This document shows, one piece after another, positions 23,313-33,280 of a DNA stretch of 33,280 nucleotides. A model generated the notes under the pieces. It saw only the letters and a program-made list of their open reading frames with translations. It had not been told where the DNA came from and did not search any database. A program made the position numbers and the translations under genes. Within the stretch, counting starts at the first letter, position 1. The number at the start of each line of letters is the position of its first letter. This DNA is from Hydrurus foetidus (lineage: Eukaryota): positions 62,001 through 95,280 of the forward strand of contig UYFQ01000586.1 of the NCBI GenBank assembly GCA_900617105.1, written 5' to 3'.

Positions 23313-23322
23313 TAATTGTCTG
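23313..23322 (+). other. Non-tRNA primer-binding site of copia B (TAATTGTCTG)
   Basis: Abuts the 5' LTR; 9/10 complementary to CAGTCAATTA at 23192-23201. Confidence 0.7.
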
Positions 23323-23336
23323 CCACAGGCATTCCG

Positions 23337-26300
23337 ATGCCTCCCAAACGCGCCGCAGAAGCTTTCAAAAGTACAGAGGAGTGTATACTTCAATGCGGCA
23401 AACACAACAACATTATCAAGGGAGAGAGCACATGCAAACGGTTGTAACCGAACTATACGGGATAGTTGGCATGTTCTTCACCACAAATGTGAGATACGAG
23501 CTCCCAAGAGTTTCTTACAGGGATTACCCTGCAGATTCGTCATCGGAAAGCTCCAGTTCCGAAGAAGATGACGAGATAGTTGAAGGTCAACAGGAACAAC
23601 CGCCTGACCCAGAGACCGTGGCGTACGCCGCCGCGAGGCCTGCTCGCATCGCCGCCAGACAGGCGAGGAACAACCGCCTGACCCTATGTTTCACCGATTG
23701 CGCCAAGTCTTGAGAAACGTGTCGAAATGACAACGTTTGCTTGAATCCTGAGTTCTCCAACCAAATGCTTTGGAAGGACTTCTGAAAACTCGGTGGACCG
23801 CGTGGACAGAAGTCTAGCTAAATAGGTGGATGGGTAGTAGGGGGCCAAGTAGTAGAATTTAGAAGGGAAAGCGGAACGAGTAGATCTACTGTAGTCCAAA
23901 TGTAGCTGGAGGTGTCAGAAAGGTAGTTTAGCTTACAACGAGAAAGAGAGGGGATGGGCTAGCAGAGGTGTAAAACTCTGCATGCAAAGCGTTGCAAGGT
24001 AAACTAACAGTCTGCGAGAGGTCGGAAGGACTCTCAGCCACAGGTACGGACGGCTATCCGGTACTACGGAGGGTGGGAATGTGGTACTAAATCCTGTACC
24101 ATCACAAGGAGGCGTGAAGCGTCAGAGCGCTCTAGAGCAAAATTTAAAGAAGATGATTACATACAGAGAAAGAGGGACATCAAAACGCAGAAAGAGAACG
24201 AACGTACGATGTACCCGATGATGTGGAAGCGCCTGTCGCTGCTATCACAAAGTAGGTTGAGGGAGGAGGAAGAAATTCAAGACCGCATATGACACCCTGG
24301 ACTGTGTCATGTTGTGGACGCTCATAAGGAGGACTCACCTCACACACATGTACGGGGGCGATGAGACACTGCAGGAGTACAACCAACACGAACAGGAGAG
24401 TAAGTACGGCTCAATGAGGCAAGGTGAGAGAGAGCACATTGTCACCTTCAAGAACAGATTCGATAAACAGGTGACCGCGAACGCTGCTGTCGGAATCGCC
24501 GCGGTGACAGAGTCGAAGCGAGCATTGGATTTCCTAGGGAAGCTCGACACTCGAAGGTACAAGGTCATGCTAGACGACATGAAGTATGACGCCTTACGAC
24601 GCCCAACCACGCTCGCCCTAGCTTTCCACATCGCCTCAGAGTGGAATGACCGAGTCCCTGCATCCACACTCACACCGGCGGGTGCGAACGCAGCGTACGT
24701 GACCGAGGGAGTCCACGTCACAGCGGCCAAGAACCCGGAAAAGAAAGCGGGGAAAGCCGGAGGTGGCAGCAAGAAATTCTTAGCAGACGTCGAGTGCTAC
24801 AAATGCGAAACAATGGATCTATCGGTTCGGGAGAAAGCGAGTCATAGGAAGCGAGGGGAGGTTCTACTCGTGCGACTAGAGGGATGTCGAGCACGACAAA
24901 GCGTTAGTAACTACGGTGGTTGAGAATCTGAAAGCATTTACGAAACGAGAGATCGAGCAGGCGAGACGAGCTCGTGAGCTGCTCGCTAGGATGGGCTTCC
25001 CGACGGTGGAATAGGCGATGTCGATCGTGAACAGCGGAAGTAATTTCGACATTACGGCGAGAGATTTCCAGATCGCTGATGCGATATGGGGCAAAGATAT
25101 AGCCTCTATAAAAGGGAAAACAGTGAAGAGAGCTACTGCTATCGCTGATATTACAGTCAGCACGAAATTGATGCAAAGGGATCAGGTGCTGTCTATCGAC
25201 ATTATGTTTATAGACAAACTAGCGATACTAGTCGGGGTATCTACACCACTGGGACTAACTATTGCATATAGCCTAAACACAGCAGATCTAACAAAGCCAG
25301 CAAGGACAGCAGCCCAAGTAAAGATCGGGATAAACCATTTTATCGCAGTCCTCGCTGCGCAAAACTTCAGGACCTCCATAATCATGATCGACGGAGAGGG
25401 GGCTGTCAAGAGTCTCATTGACGAGCTGGGACGGCTCGGTGTGGAGGTTGACGTGAGTGGAGCCGGCGGCCACGTCGCTAGGATTGAGAGAAAAATTCGC
25501 ATTGTTGGAGAACGGGTACGATGTCACGTAGCGTACCACCTTCCGTTCACACTATCGACGGTGGGTATCGCCATGCTCGTACTGTACTGTATATCCAGGC
25601 TGAACTACGAACCGGCCGGATTACGGGAATGGGGCCCGAGTCCGCGTGAAGCATACATCGGTAGGAAGCCTGATGGTAAGAGAGACTTTAGATGCTCGTT
25701 CGGAGATTATGTGCAATGTACCGTTCCTAACACTGATTCAGGATTCAAGAGCCGAACCGAGGACTGTGTGGTTATGCTCCCCCTCGGAAATCGCACGGGC
25801 TCAGTGAGAATGCTTTCGCTCAGCACAGGAAGACTAGTGTGCAGGGACCAATTCAGAGTGCTACCGATGCCCGAGTCCGTTATAAAGAGACTAAATGAAC
25901 TCGCGCATGCAGATGGTAGAGTAAAAGGGAAGGGTGATCTGTACGCACGGCCCACGTCGTACGAGCAGTACAGGAACGCTGCCAAGGGACTGCCTGACAC
26001 GATGGAACCCAACTTCAACAACGGTGTGGATCCATCGATAGAACCTCTAGATGATGACCGTGAGACTAGAAACGAAGAGGTAGACAATGGTGACCAGCAT
26101 CAAGACAGTGGAGGAGAATTGGGTGAAGAACAGTACGACAACGGCGAAGCACCGAACGAAGTAGACCCGAGGGACGACAGTGAACCATACGAGGAAGCGG
26201 TACAGGCCGAACAACCTGAAGAGCGCGACAATGATATGGATGATCTGGTCGATAGTATGAACCGGATGCGAGCCGGGCCGAGGGACCAAGTTGAAGATCC

Positions 26301-28157
26301 CACGGGGGGATTAGATGAGAGGGGTATACCGGAGGACTACACATCGACAGACGGGACACGAGACGAGTACAGCGAAGCGAGAGGAGCAGTGAGCCGAGCG
26401 ACGGAGCTGCTCGCTGCACCTGCACCGTACTACGGGATAAGTAGACATGAGGTGATGAACTTTTTTAGGAACGGTGGTGGAACCGCACTTCTAACGCGCA
26501 ACTACGACGGTGACGGTGCAGACTGGGGAGACTATGTACTTAACATATCGGTGAACGAAGCGCTGAGGACCAGGGGTGATGCGGCGCTGAGTGTGATTGA
26601 AAAAGAGCTAAAGCAGATGGTCGATAAGAAGGTGTGGGCACCTGTCTCTGTGAGCGACCTATCAACGGAGGAGAAGCACCGAATCATCAGGTCAAGCATG
26701 TTCCTGAAGGAGAAATTCCTCGCGAGCGGGGAGTTCGAGAAGCTTAAGGCGAGGCTGGTCGCCGGAGGGAACCAGCAGGATCGAGATCTATACGATGATC
26801 TATCGGCACCGACAGTTGCGACGAGCTCAGTGTTCACACTGCTGAGCATAGCAGCGCACGAGAATAGGATGATCACAGTGATTGACATCAGCGGCACATT
26901 CCTCAATGCGGACATGGATACGGGACCAGCGGTGCACATGAGGTTAGATAGGATCATGTCGAACATTATGACTAAATTGGCTCCCCATTACTCGCGCTTC
27001 ACAGATCATAAGGGGTGCATAGTGGTGAAGCTGGACAAGGCACTGTATGGGTGTGTGGAGTCGGCTGCACTATGGTACGAGAACCTGAGAGCGAGCCTGT
27101 CCGATTTGGGATACTCACCCAATGTACACGACATGTGTGTCTTCAACAAACACGACGAGTACGGGATGCAATGCACTATTGCGGTGCACGTAGATGATCT
27201 GATGATCACTGGTGCGAACGGTGAAATGATCGAGTCAGTGTCGGCCGGTCTGATAAAAAGGTATGGAGACATTACGAGGAAAAATGGACCTATTGTGAAT
27301 TACCTAGGCATGGTGTTCGACCTTACCACTGCAGGCAGAGCGCGAGTGTCGATGACGGGATACGTGGAGGACATGCTGAGGGAAAGCGGCACAACAGGGG
27401 GTGCAAGGACCCCAGTAACGGAGGGGCTGTTCGATGTGAGAGACGACAGCGACATGGCGAGTGAGGAGCAGCGGGTACGGTTCCACAGATTGGTGGCGAA
27501 AATGCTCTACCTGGCGAAGCGTGCGAGGCCCGACTGTCTGACGGCGGTGGCATATCTGGCAACACTGGTAACACGGTGCAGCGTGGACGACCTGGGAAGC
27601 TTGAGCGTCTGTTGAAGTATGTGAACAACACGAAGGATAGAGGTATAGTGTTCGAGACGGGTGCGAAGGGAATCGTCGTGAGTGTTCTCATCGATGCGGC
27701 GTACGGAGTACATCCGGACGGGAGGTCGCACACGGGGAGCTGCGTGGTGATCGGAACAAGGGGTGCGGTGCACAGCAAATCGGCGAAGCAACAGATCGTC
27801 ACCAAGTCGAGTACGGAGGCGGAGCTCGTTGCATTATCTGACTCAACTAACCAAGCGCTTCACATGAGACACTTCATTATAGGACAAGGGCACACGTGCG
27901 GACCAGTGACAGTGTACCAAGACAACATGTCATGCATGTCACTGATCGAGAGAGGGCGGTCAGCGGCGGAGCAGACGCGCCATATCGCCATCAGATACTT
28001 TTGGCTCAAGGAAAGGGCGGATCAAGGAGAAGCGAGAGTGCGACACCTGGGGACCAAGGAGATGTACGCGGACCTTCTGACGAAGCCGCTACAAGGTGCA
28101 CAGTTCAAGTGCGAGAGACAAGGGCTTACGGGATGGGACGCAACCACAGTAGTTTAG
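23337..28157 (+). pseudogene. Disrupted gag-pol of copia B
   Basis: Starts MPPKRA like A. Frameshifts near 23420, 24240-24260 and 27595; insertion 23673-24104; ~450-bp deletion near 24810 removing half of the Zn knuckle and the protease site; in-frame TAG stops near 24877 and 25012. Confidence 0.93.
23687..24104. mobile_element. Isolated LTR-like insert (418 bp) of an unrelated family inside B gag
   Basis: Absent from the aligned position in A; TGTT...CATCA ends; shares AGTAGATCTACTGT and end style with 30135-30523. Confidence 0.65.
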
Positions 28158-28229
28158 TTAAATTATTACGACAACATATGCGTGATGTGTGAATAGAAAT
28201 GATTTGATTAAGAAACAACATATACTTTG

Positions 28230-28304
28230 TGTTGGAGAGGTATCGTAGTTTATGACACGGACACAATCAGTGTACTTATGCATTCGTACGGTCGTACGGA
28301 TTAA

Positions 28305-28343
<39 letters not shown>

Positions 28344-28580
28344 ACATGCGTGACGACGATGAATGGACCCGTGCATCGTCTCTGTACTTCAAGCGTAGTG
28401 TAGAATGTCTTTTGTTGTTGCGTTGAAAGGGACTCGGGGACTTCAGCAGGGATGAAGCACAGTCAATTAACAAGTGTTTACTGCCATACAAGAGCTTATT
28501 TCACGAGTCCTGACCGAGTGACCTTCAACCACAGTACAGCGAGAGGCGTACGTGTGGGCCGAACCGAAGATCCGTCAACA
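28230..28580 (+). repeat. 3' LTR of copia B (351 bp)
   Basis: TGTTGGAGAGG...CGTCAACA followed by TSD CTTTG. Confidence 0.95.
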
Positions 28581-28626
28581 CTTTGATCCAAGACTGCGCC
28601 GCCCAGCCGCCCCGTACCCATATACC

Positions 28627-29473
28627 GATTGTACCCCGTTTCGTAAATTTCACTTCGAAAATCTCGTTTCGGAATTTTCACTTTGTAAATTTCAGATCGG
28701 AAATCTCGTTCCGTAAAAACCGCTTCGTAATTCTCGTTGTAAATTATCATGTTGTAAATTTCACTACGTAGCTTTTGCATCGTAACAGTGTAGCGTGGGA
28801 GTGAAACTTCAAGTGATTCTATTTATAATGCTCGAAGTATACACTATTCAGTCATACATGACTGCATCGTGTACCCAAGAAGTGGTACACCAATACAACC
28901 AAATTGAATGATGTCAAGCAGCATTGCTCACACGTTCAGCATAGTCATGCAGTACATGATTGATCATCGCTATGTCACTTGGCTACACGATGCAGTAATG
29001 TATATTTTCAAAGTGTTCATGTATTTGATAATACTGACTGTGCTTGTTAAGGGTCATTCTATACGGCGACGAATTTGGACGAATTCAGGCGAATTCAATC
29101 GAGAAATTCGATTGAATTTCGTTGACCTGTTTTTGACCCCTCTGAATTTTACCGAATTCAGTGGCTGTTCTCCACTGAATTCGCCTGAATTCCGCAAAAT
29201 CGTGTCTGTATAGAATGACCCTAAGGTTGATGCAAGTGACATAGCGATGATCAATCATGTACTGCATGACTATGCTGAACGTGTGAGCAATGCTGCTTGA
29301 CATCATTCAATGTTGGTTGTATTGGTGTACCACTTCTTGGGTACACGATGCAGTCATGTATGACTGAATAGTGTATACTTCGAGCATTATAAATAGAATC
29401 ACTTGAAGTTTCACTCCCACGCTACACTGTTACGATGCAAAAGTTAAGTGAAATTTACGACGTGGGAATCAAC
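28627..29473. mobile_element. Mutator-like/foldback non-autonomous element
   Basis: ~210-bp near-perfect inverted arms at 28772-28981 and 29233-29442; GTAAATTTCAC subterminal motifs; 10-bp direct repeat CCCATATACC at 28617-28626 and 29474-29483. Confidence 0.7.
29051..29221. mobile_element. Tourist-like (PIF/Harbinger) MITE, 171 bp
   Basis: 14-bp TIR GGGTCATTCTATAC; TAA TSD at 29048-29050 and 29222-29224; internal GAATTC/GAATTT repeats. Confidence 0.9.
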
Positions 29474-29612
29474 CCCATATACCCATATGCTGGTTCCTAC
29501 TCCGCAATCCGATTCTGTTCGTGAGAGGGTGCGGAAATAATTTACCGTGTACTGAATTGAGAGATTCGTGTACTGAATTAATAGTTTGATGTACTGAAAT
29601 CAATACTAAATG

Positions 29613-29678
29613 TTAGGATTAGGGTTAGGGTTAGGATTAGGGTGAAGATTAGGGTTAGGATAAGAGTTAGTGTTTGGG
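29613..29678 (+). repeat. Degenerate interstitial TTAGGG tract
   Basis: ttagga ttaggg ttaggg ttagga ttaggg tgaaga ttaggg ttagga taagag ttagtg tttggg. Confidence 0.85.
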
Positions 29679-29705
29679 CTAAACTCAGAGCCCTAACACT
29701 CATTC

Positions 29706-30038
29706 AGTACCGAAGCAGAGCTAGTGGGACTGAGTGACTAGGCTAATCAAGTGCTGTGGACACGACTGTTCCTTATTGATCAAGGATATCAAGACAGGAG
29801 CACCATCATATTTCAAGACAATAAATCGACAATTCAACTTATTAACAACGGTCGCTCCAACAGCGAACGTACACGCCATATCAATATGCGGTACTTCTTC
29901 CTACATGACCGTGTAAGATAAAAGGAAACCGCCATCATATACAAACCAACAACCGACATGTTAGCAGATATGCTAACAAAACCACTGCAAGGAGAGCAGT
30001 TCAGAGTTTTTCGAGACAAACTACTCGGCATCACCTGA
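29706..30038 (+). pseudogene. Copia RNase H remnant (two in-frame stops)
   Basis: STEAELVGLSD*ANQVLW...IFQDNKST...ERTRHINMRYFF...LADMLTKPLQG. Confidence 0.92.
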
Positions 30039-30134
30039 GTATTCTCCGCCTTCGAATTTTCTTCTACCTACGCCTTTACAGAACACAGCAGAACGCACAA
30101 AATGGCTGCTGCTGAGTCAGAAATTCGTCTTCCT

Positions 30135-30523
30135 TGTTGACGATAAATCCCAACCGATCGCTCGCGACAGTAAGAATTGACTGCAAAAGTGATTTTAGAA
30201 TTGAATTCGAACTTCACAACGCTGGATAAATGGAAGAGGTAGGGTAGCAGAGAAGGGTAGAGGAGGGTACCTTAGAGGAATAGAGACTACAGAGTAGAAA
30301 CTAAAGGAAGTAGGAGGAATGGAGACTACAGAGTAGAAACTAAAGGAAGTAGATCTACTGTGACCTTGAGAGGAAGAAGAAAGGGAAATCTAAAGACGAA
30401 AAGGGACTAGTTAGTTAGGGAGAGATGCAGAAGGTACGCTAATAACTTCTGCAAAGCAGCACAAACTAGCTAGTAACTAAGAGTCGTGGCTGTGAGCACG
30501 AAGATACTAACGTGGAAACATCA
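30135..30523. mobile_element. Isolated LTR-like sequence (389 bp), related to 23687-24104
   Basis: TGTTGA...ACATCA ends; internal duplication of GAGACTACAGAGTAGAAACTAAAGGAAGTAG; no matching TSD. Confidence 0.55.
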
Positions 30524-30771
30524 GTGCTGCACCATCGCCACCGTGCTCCGGCACCTTTAAGGGGAGTATCACAGCCTCCGATATGACCGCATCACAGCAG
30601 CAGGAGACCCATGTTGGACACCCACTGGAGTCGACCGCTGACCCAATACAGTTGTCCTAACAACTTCTCCCTTCATTGAAAATACCTCTGAGCAGTGCTG
30701 CACCATCGCCACCGTGCTCCGGCAAATTTAAGGGGAGTATCACAGCCTCCAACATGACCGCATCACAGCAG
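30522..30771 (+). repeat. 79-bp direct repeat (30522-30600 and 30693-30771), each copy carrying TTAAGGGGAGT
   Basis: Direct comparison shows a few mismatches; the second copy abuts the copia RT fragment. Confidence 0.85.
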
Positions 30772-31749
30772 TAGAATCTGCCAACCTATGGTATAATAAA
30801 CTATCCAGTGATTTGATTAAACTCAATTATACTGCTAATGAATTTGACTTCTGCGTATTCAATAGAACTGAATTAGACAACACACAAACATCACTCGTAA
30901 TACATGTTGACGATATGATTGTTACTGCTTCAAATGAATCTCGCGTTGATGATGTTATTCAGCAAATTGAAACTTTATACCCCGGTCTAACCAAACATCA
31001 CGGAAATTTTTTAAATTACATAGGAACGACTTTCGACTTCACTGAGGAAGGTAGCGTTAAGATGACTATCCAAGGATTCGTGCAAGACCTCATTGAGGGG
31101 TGTAAGGACATGCTGGGCCACCTGCACAACCTACCATATTCACTGTACCTGCCGAATGTGACTCACCTTTACCTAATAACTTGCGTAAGCGTTTCCATTC
31201 TATTACAGCGAAGCTCCTCTACTTGAGCAAGAGGACGAGGCCAGATATCTTGACTGCCGTAGCGTTCCTGACCAAGAGAGTGATAAAGCCCCAAAGGGAC
31301 GACTACAACAAATTGATCCGTACGGTACAGTACATGCAGGGTGCCCAGAACTTGGGCGTGACATTTGAAGTGCATGAACTAAAACATGTTATTGCATATA
31401 TCGATGCATCCTTCGCCATACACCCCGATATGAAAAGCCACGCAGGTTGCGTGATTGCCCTGGGAAAGGGAGCAATTTACGGTACCCAGCGCCTGATGAC
31501 GAAGTCAAGCACGGAGGCAGAGCTCGTAGCGCTTAGCGACTCCGCTAACCAAGTACTATGGACCCGCAATTTCCTACACTGTCAAGGACACCATCAACCA
31601 CCCACACTCATCCATCAGGACAACCAATCTACTATTCAGCTGATACGGAACGGACGTTCGAATAGCGAACGTACGCGCCATGTCGATATACGGTACTTTT
31701 TCCTACACGATAGGATGAGCACCGGCGATATAGATATACAATACCTACT
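30771..31749 (+). pseudogene. Copia RT-RNase H fragment (frameshifted, truncated by the next LTR)
   Basis: VESANLWY, DFCVFN, IHVDDM, LLYLSKRTRPDI, YIDASF, STEAELVALSD, HQDNQS. Confidence 0.92.
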
Positions 31750-32500
31750 TGTCAGAACACTTGATTCTATCAAGATATGTCTGTAGTAATATAGTTGCAA
31801 ATATAGTTTCAAATATATACATGTACGTTATGCGACACGTACGTACGTAAGTACACATGCAGATATGATAACATGCACACGTACGCACGTACTTACACAT
31901 GTTAGTGCATACTCATTTATGCATACGTACACACATGTACTTACACATGTACGTACATAGTCAATATGTACGTACGTACGTACTCACGCATATAGCATAG
32001 TGTACACTTGTATGGTCACGCACACCCGTACATACGTACGTGCACATGTTAGTACAAATTATTATATGCATACGTACACACACGTACTTACACATGTATG
32101 TACATATATAATATGTACGTATGTACGATCGCCAATAGCGTAGTACATAGATGTATAGGCGTACATACGTAAGTACCACTGTACTTACGCATGTACGTTC
32201 TTATACATACACATGCATACGTACTTCTATAATATCGCCATATAGCAGTTAGTACTCACGCATGTACGTTCATATACATATACACGCATACGTACCCCTG
32301 TACTATCGCCATGTATCAGTTAGTACGAACCCTCTGACCTCACGCAAATGAACGTTCGCCTTTCATGATTCTTCAGTATCGCCAAAACACTTCGTTACTA
32401 TAAGCATTCATGCAACGTTCCTCAAGCACATGCTATGAACAACACATCTCGCTGTGAACTTTGTCTCAAGGTAGTTTCACTGTCATGAACTGTTCTGATA
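31750..32500 (+). mobile_element. Probable 5' LTR (751 bp) of another LTR retrotransposon that runs off the window
   Basis: Cuts the copia RNase H abruptly; terminal inverted repeat TGTCAGAACA / TGTTCTGATA (9/10); TACG/ACAT low-complexity interior; gag-like ORF downstream. Confidence 0.6.
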
Positions 32501-32749
32501 GCTCTTTTGCGTGGCTATCTGTAAACTCTAATCAGAATTTAATACGTTGTACTTCACAGCTTCGTCTACTCGATAGCTCACTGAATTGAGACAGTAGCCT
32601 GCAGCTGCTTCTCAACTTTCGCTGCGAACGCTAGAAGGTGACATCTTGTATTTAGTCTTACATGGTAGCGATTGTTTATAGTGATTAAACGATTGCCGTG
32701 GATTCCAGGATTCTGAATTTCCTTCCTCAACTTTCAGAACCCTGCAATC

Positions 32750-33280
32750 ATGAGTGATAATGGATCTGAAGACGAGTTCGAGCTGTCCAACACAGACTCT
32801 CCGCCGGCTCTTGCCGACCTCCTTCAACATCCGTTCAGAACTCTGATCGAAGCAGCTCAACCCATCTTCACTGGTCGAGTTACAAGATCTAGGACAGGAG
32901 CAATTCCTCCTTTAGAAAATCCAAATAGTGATTTTCTAGACGAGGTGGAATTAGCCCTTCAAAATCAGGAGGTTGTTCCGACACCACCTTTAGCACCTCG
33001 GGCGCGGAATCTCGGAGCCACAGCGACAACTTTATTTTCGGACAATTTGGAGGCTCAGGATGCAGAGACAAGATTTTCCTTCGCCGATGTGGCAAGGCTC
33101 ATCGACATATGTCTTCTAAGATCCAACAGCCTCCACCGTTGGTCTCCCAACCGAAATCAACAGTTGGATCTGCCTCTATTCCAAGTGCTTCAACGCCCAA
33201 GGCTTCTTCTATCTTATCGGTGCCCATATCGGAATACCTGGATACCACCTCTGCGCAATCGAAATTCTTCTTTTCGATGC
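32750..33280 (+). CDS. Putative gag N-terminus (partial; possible frameshift near 33108)
   Basis: Open frame MSDNGSEDEFEL...GRVTRSRTG... from ATG 32750 to the window end, 250 bp after the LTR; no diagnostic domain visible. Confidence 0.4.
   Translation, partial: MSDNGSEDEFELSNTDSPPALADLLQHPFRTLIEAAQPIFTGRVTRSRTGAIPPLENPNSDFLDEVELALQNQEVVPTPPLAPRARNLGATATTLFSDNLEAQDAETRFSFADVARLIDICLLRSNSLHRWSPNRNQQLDLPLFQVLQRPRLLLSYRCPYRNTWIPPLRNRNSSFRC

Larger units (their letters stand above)
16160..28580 (+). mobile_element. Ty1/copia LTR retrotransposon B (defective; hosts nested insertions)
   Basis: TGTTGG...TCAACA termini; 5-bp TSD CTTTG at 16155-16159 and 28581-28585. The 5' LTR is split into 16160-16172, 17399-17400 and 22979-23312. 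The 3' LTR is 28230-28580. Domain order gag-IN-RT-RNaseH. Confidence 0.93.

Noticed and set aside
18071..27805. Numerous antisense ORFs in copia A and B
   Set aside because: Shadow frames of gag-pol with no independent motifs
29613..29678. True chromosome end
   Set aside because: The tract is short, degenerate and flanked by non-telomeric sequence on both sides
30100..30183. Self-priming signal for the LTR at 30135-30523
   Set aside because: A CAGTCAATT motif is present on the minus strand, but the sequence adjacent to the LTR end is not its clean complement

Overview
Eukaryotic genomic DNA with GT-AG introns, most likely from a photosynthetic stramenopile (ochrophyte). That assignment is an inference from a signal-peptide+Phe+Ser-rich presequence and from the copia type. 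Bases 1-16 kb hold four host genes: a probably plastid-targeted protein with two ABM-like repeats, a 1186-aa protein with an N-myristoylation-like start, a LamG-like domain and three Btk-type Zn motifs, an HxxxD CoA-dependent acyltransferase (alcohol acetyltransferase/condensation fold), and a hypothetical protein. Bases 16-33 kb are a nested transposon pile. An intact Ty1/copia element (A, identical 324-bp LTRs) sits head-to-head inside the 5' LTR of a related decayed copia (B). The same spot also holds a TA-flanked MITE, itself interrupted by a hAT derivative. Further right are a Mutator-like foldback carrying a Tourist-like MITE, a TTAGGG tract, copia remnants, isolated LTRs and the start of another LTR element. 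Most notable: neither copia has a tRNA-type primer-binding site. Each PBS is instead complementary to a 10-11 nt segment of its own LTR, with a compensatory indel between the two families, which points to Tf1-like self-primed reverse transcription in a Ty1/copia lineage. All alignments and gene models were made by eye.
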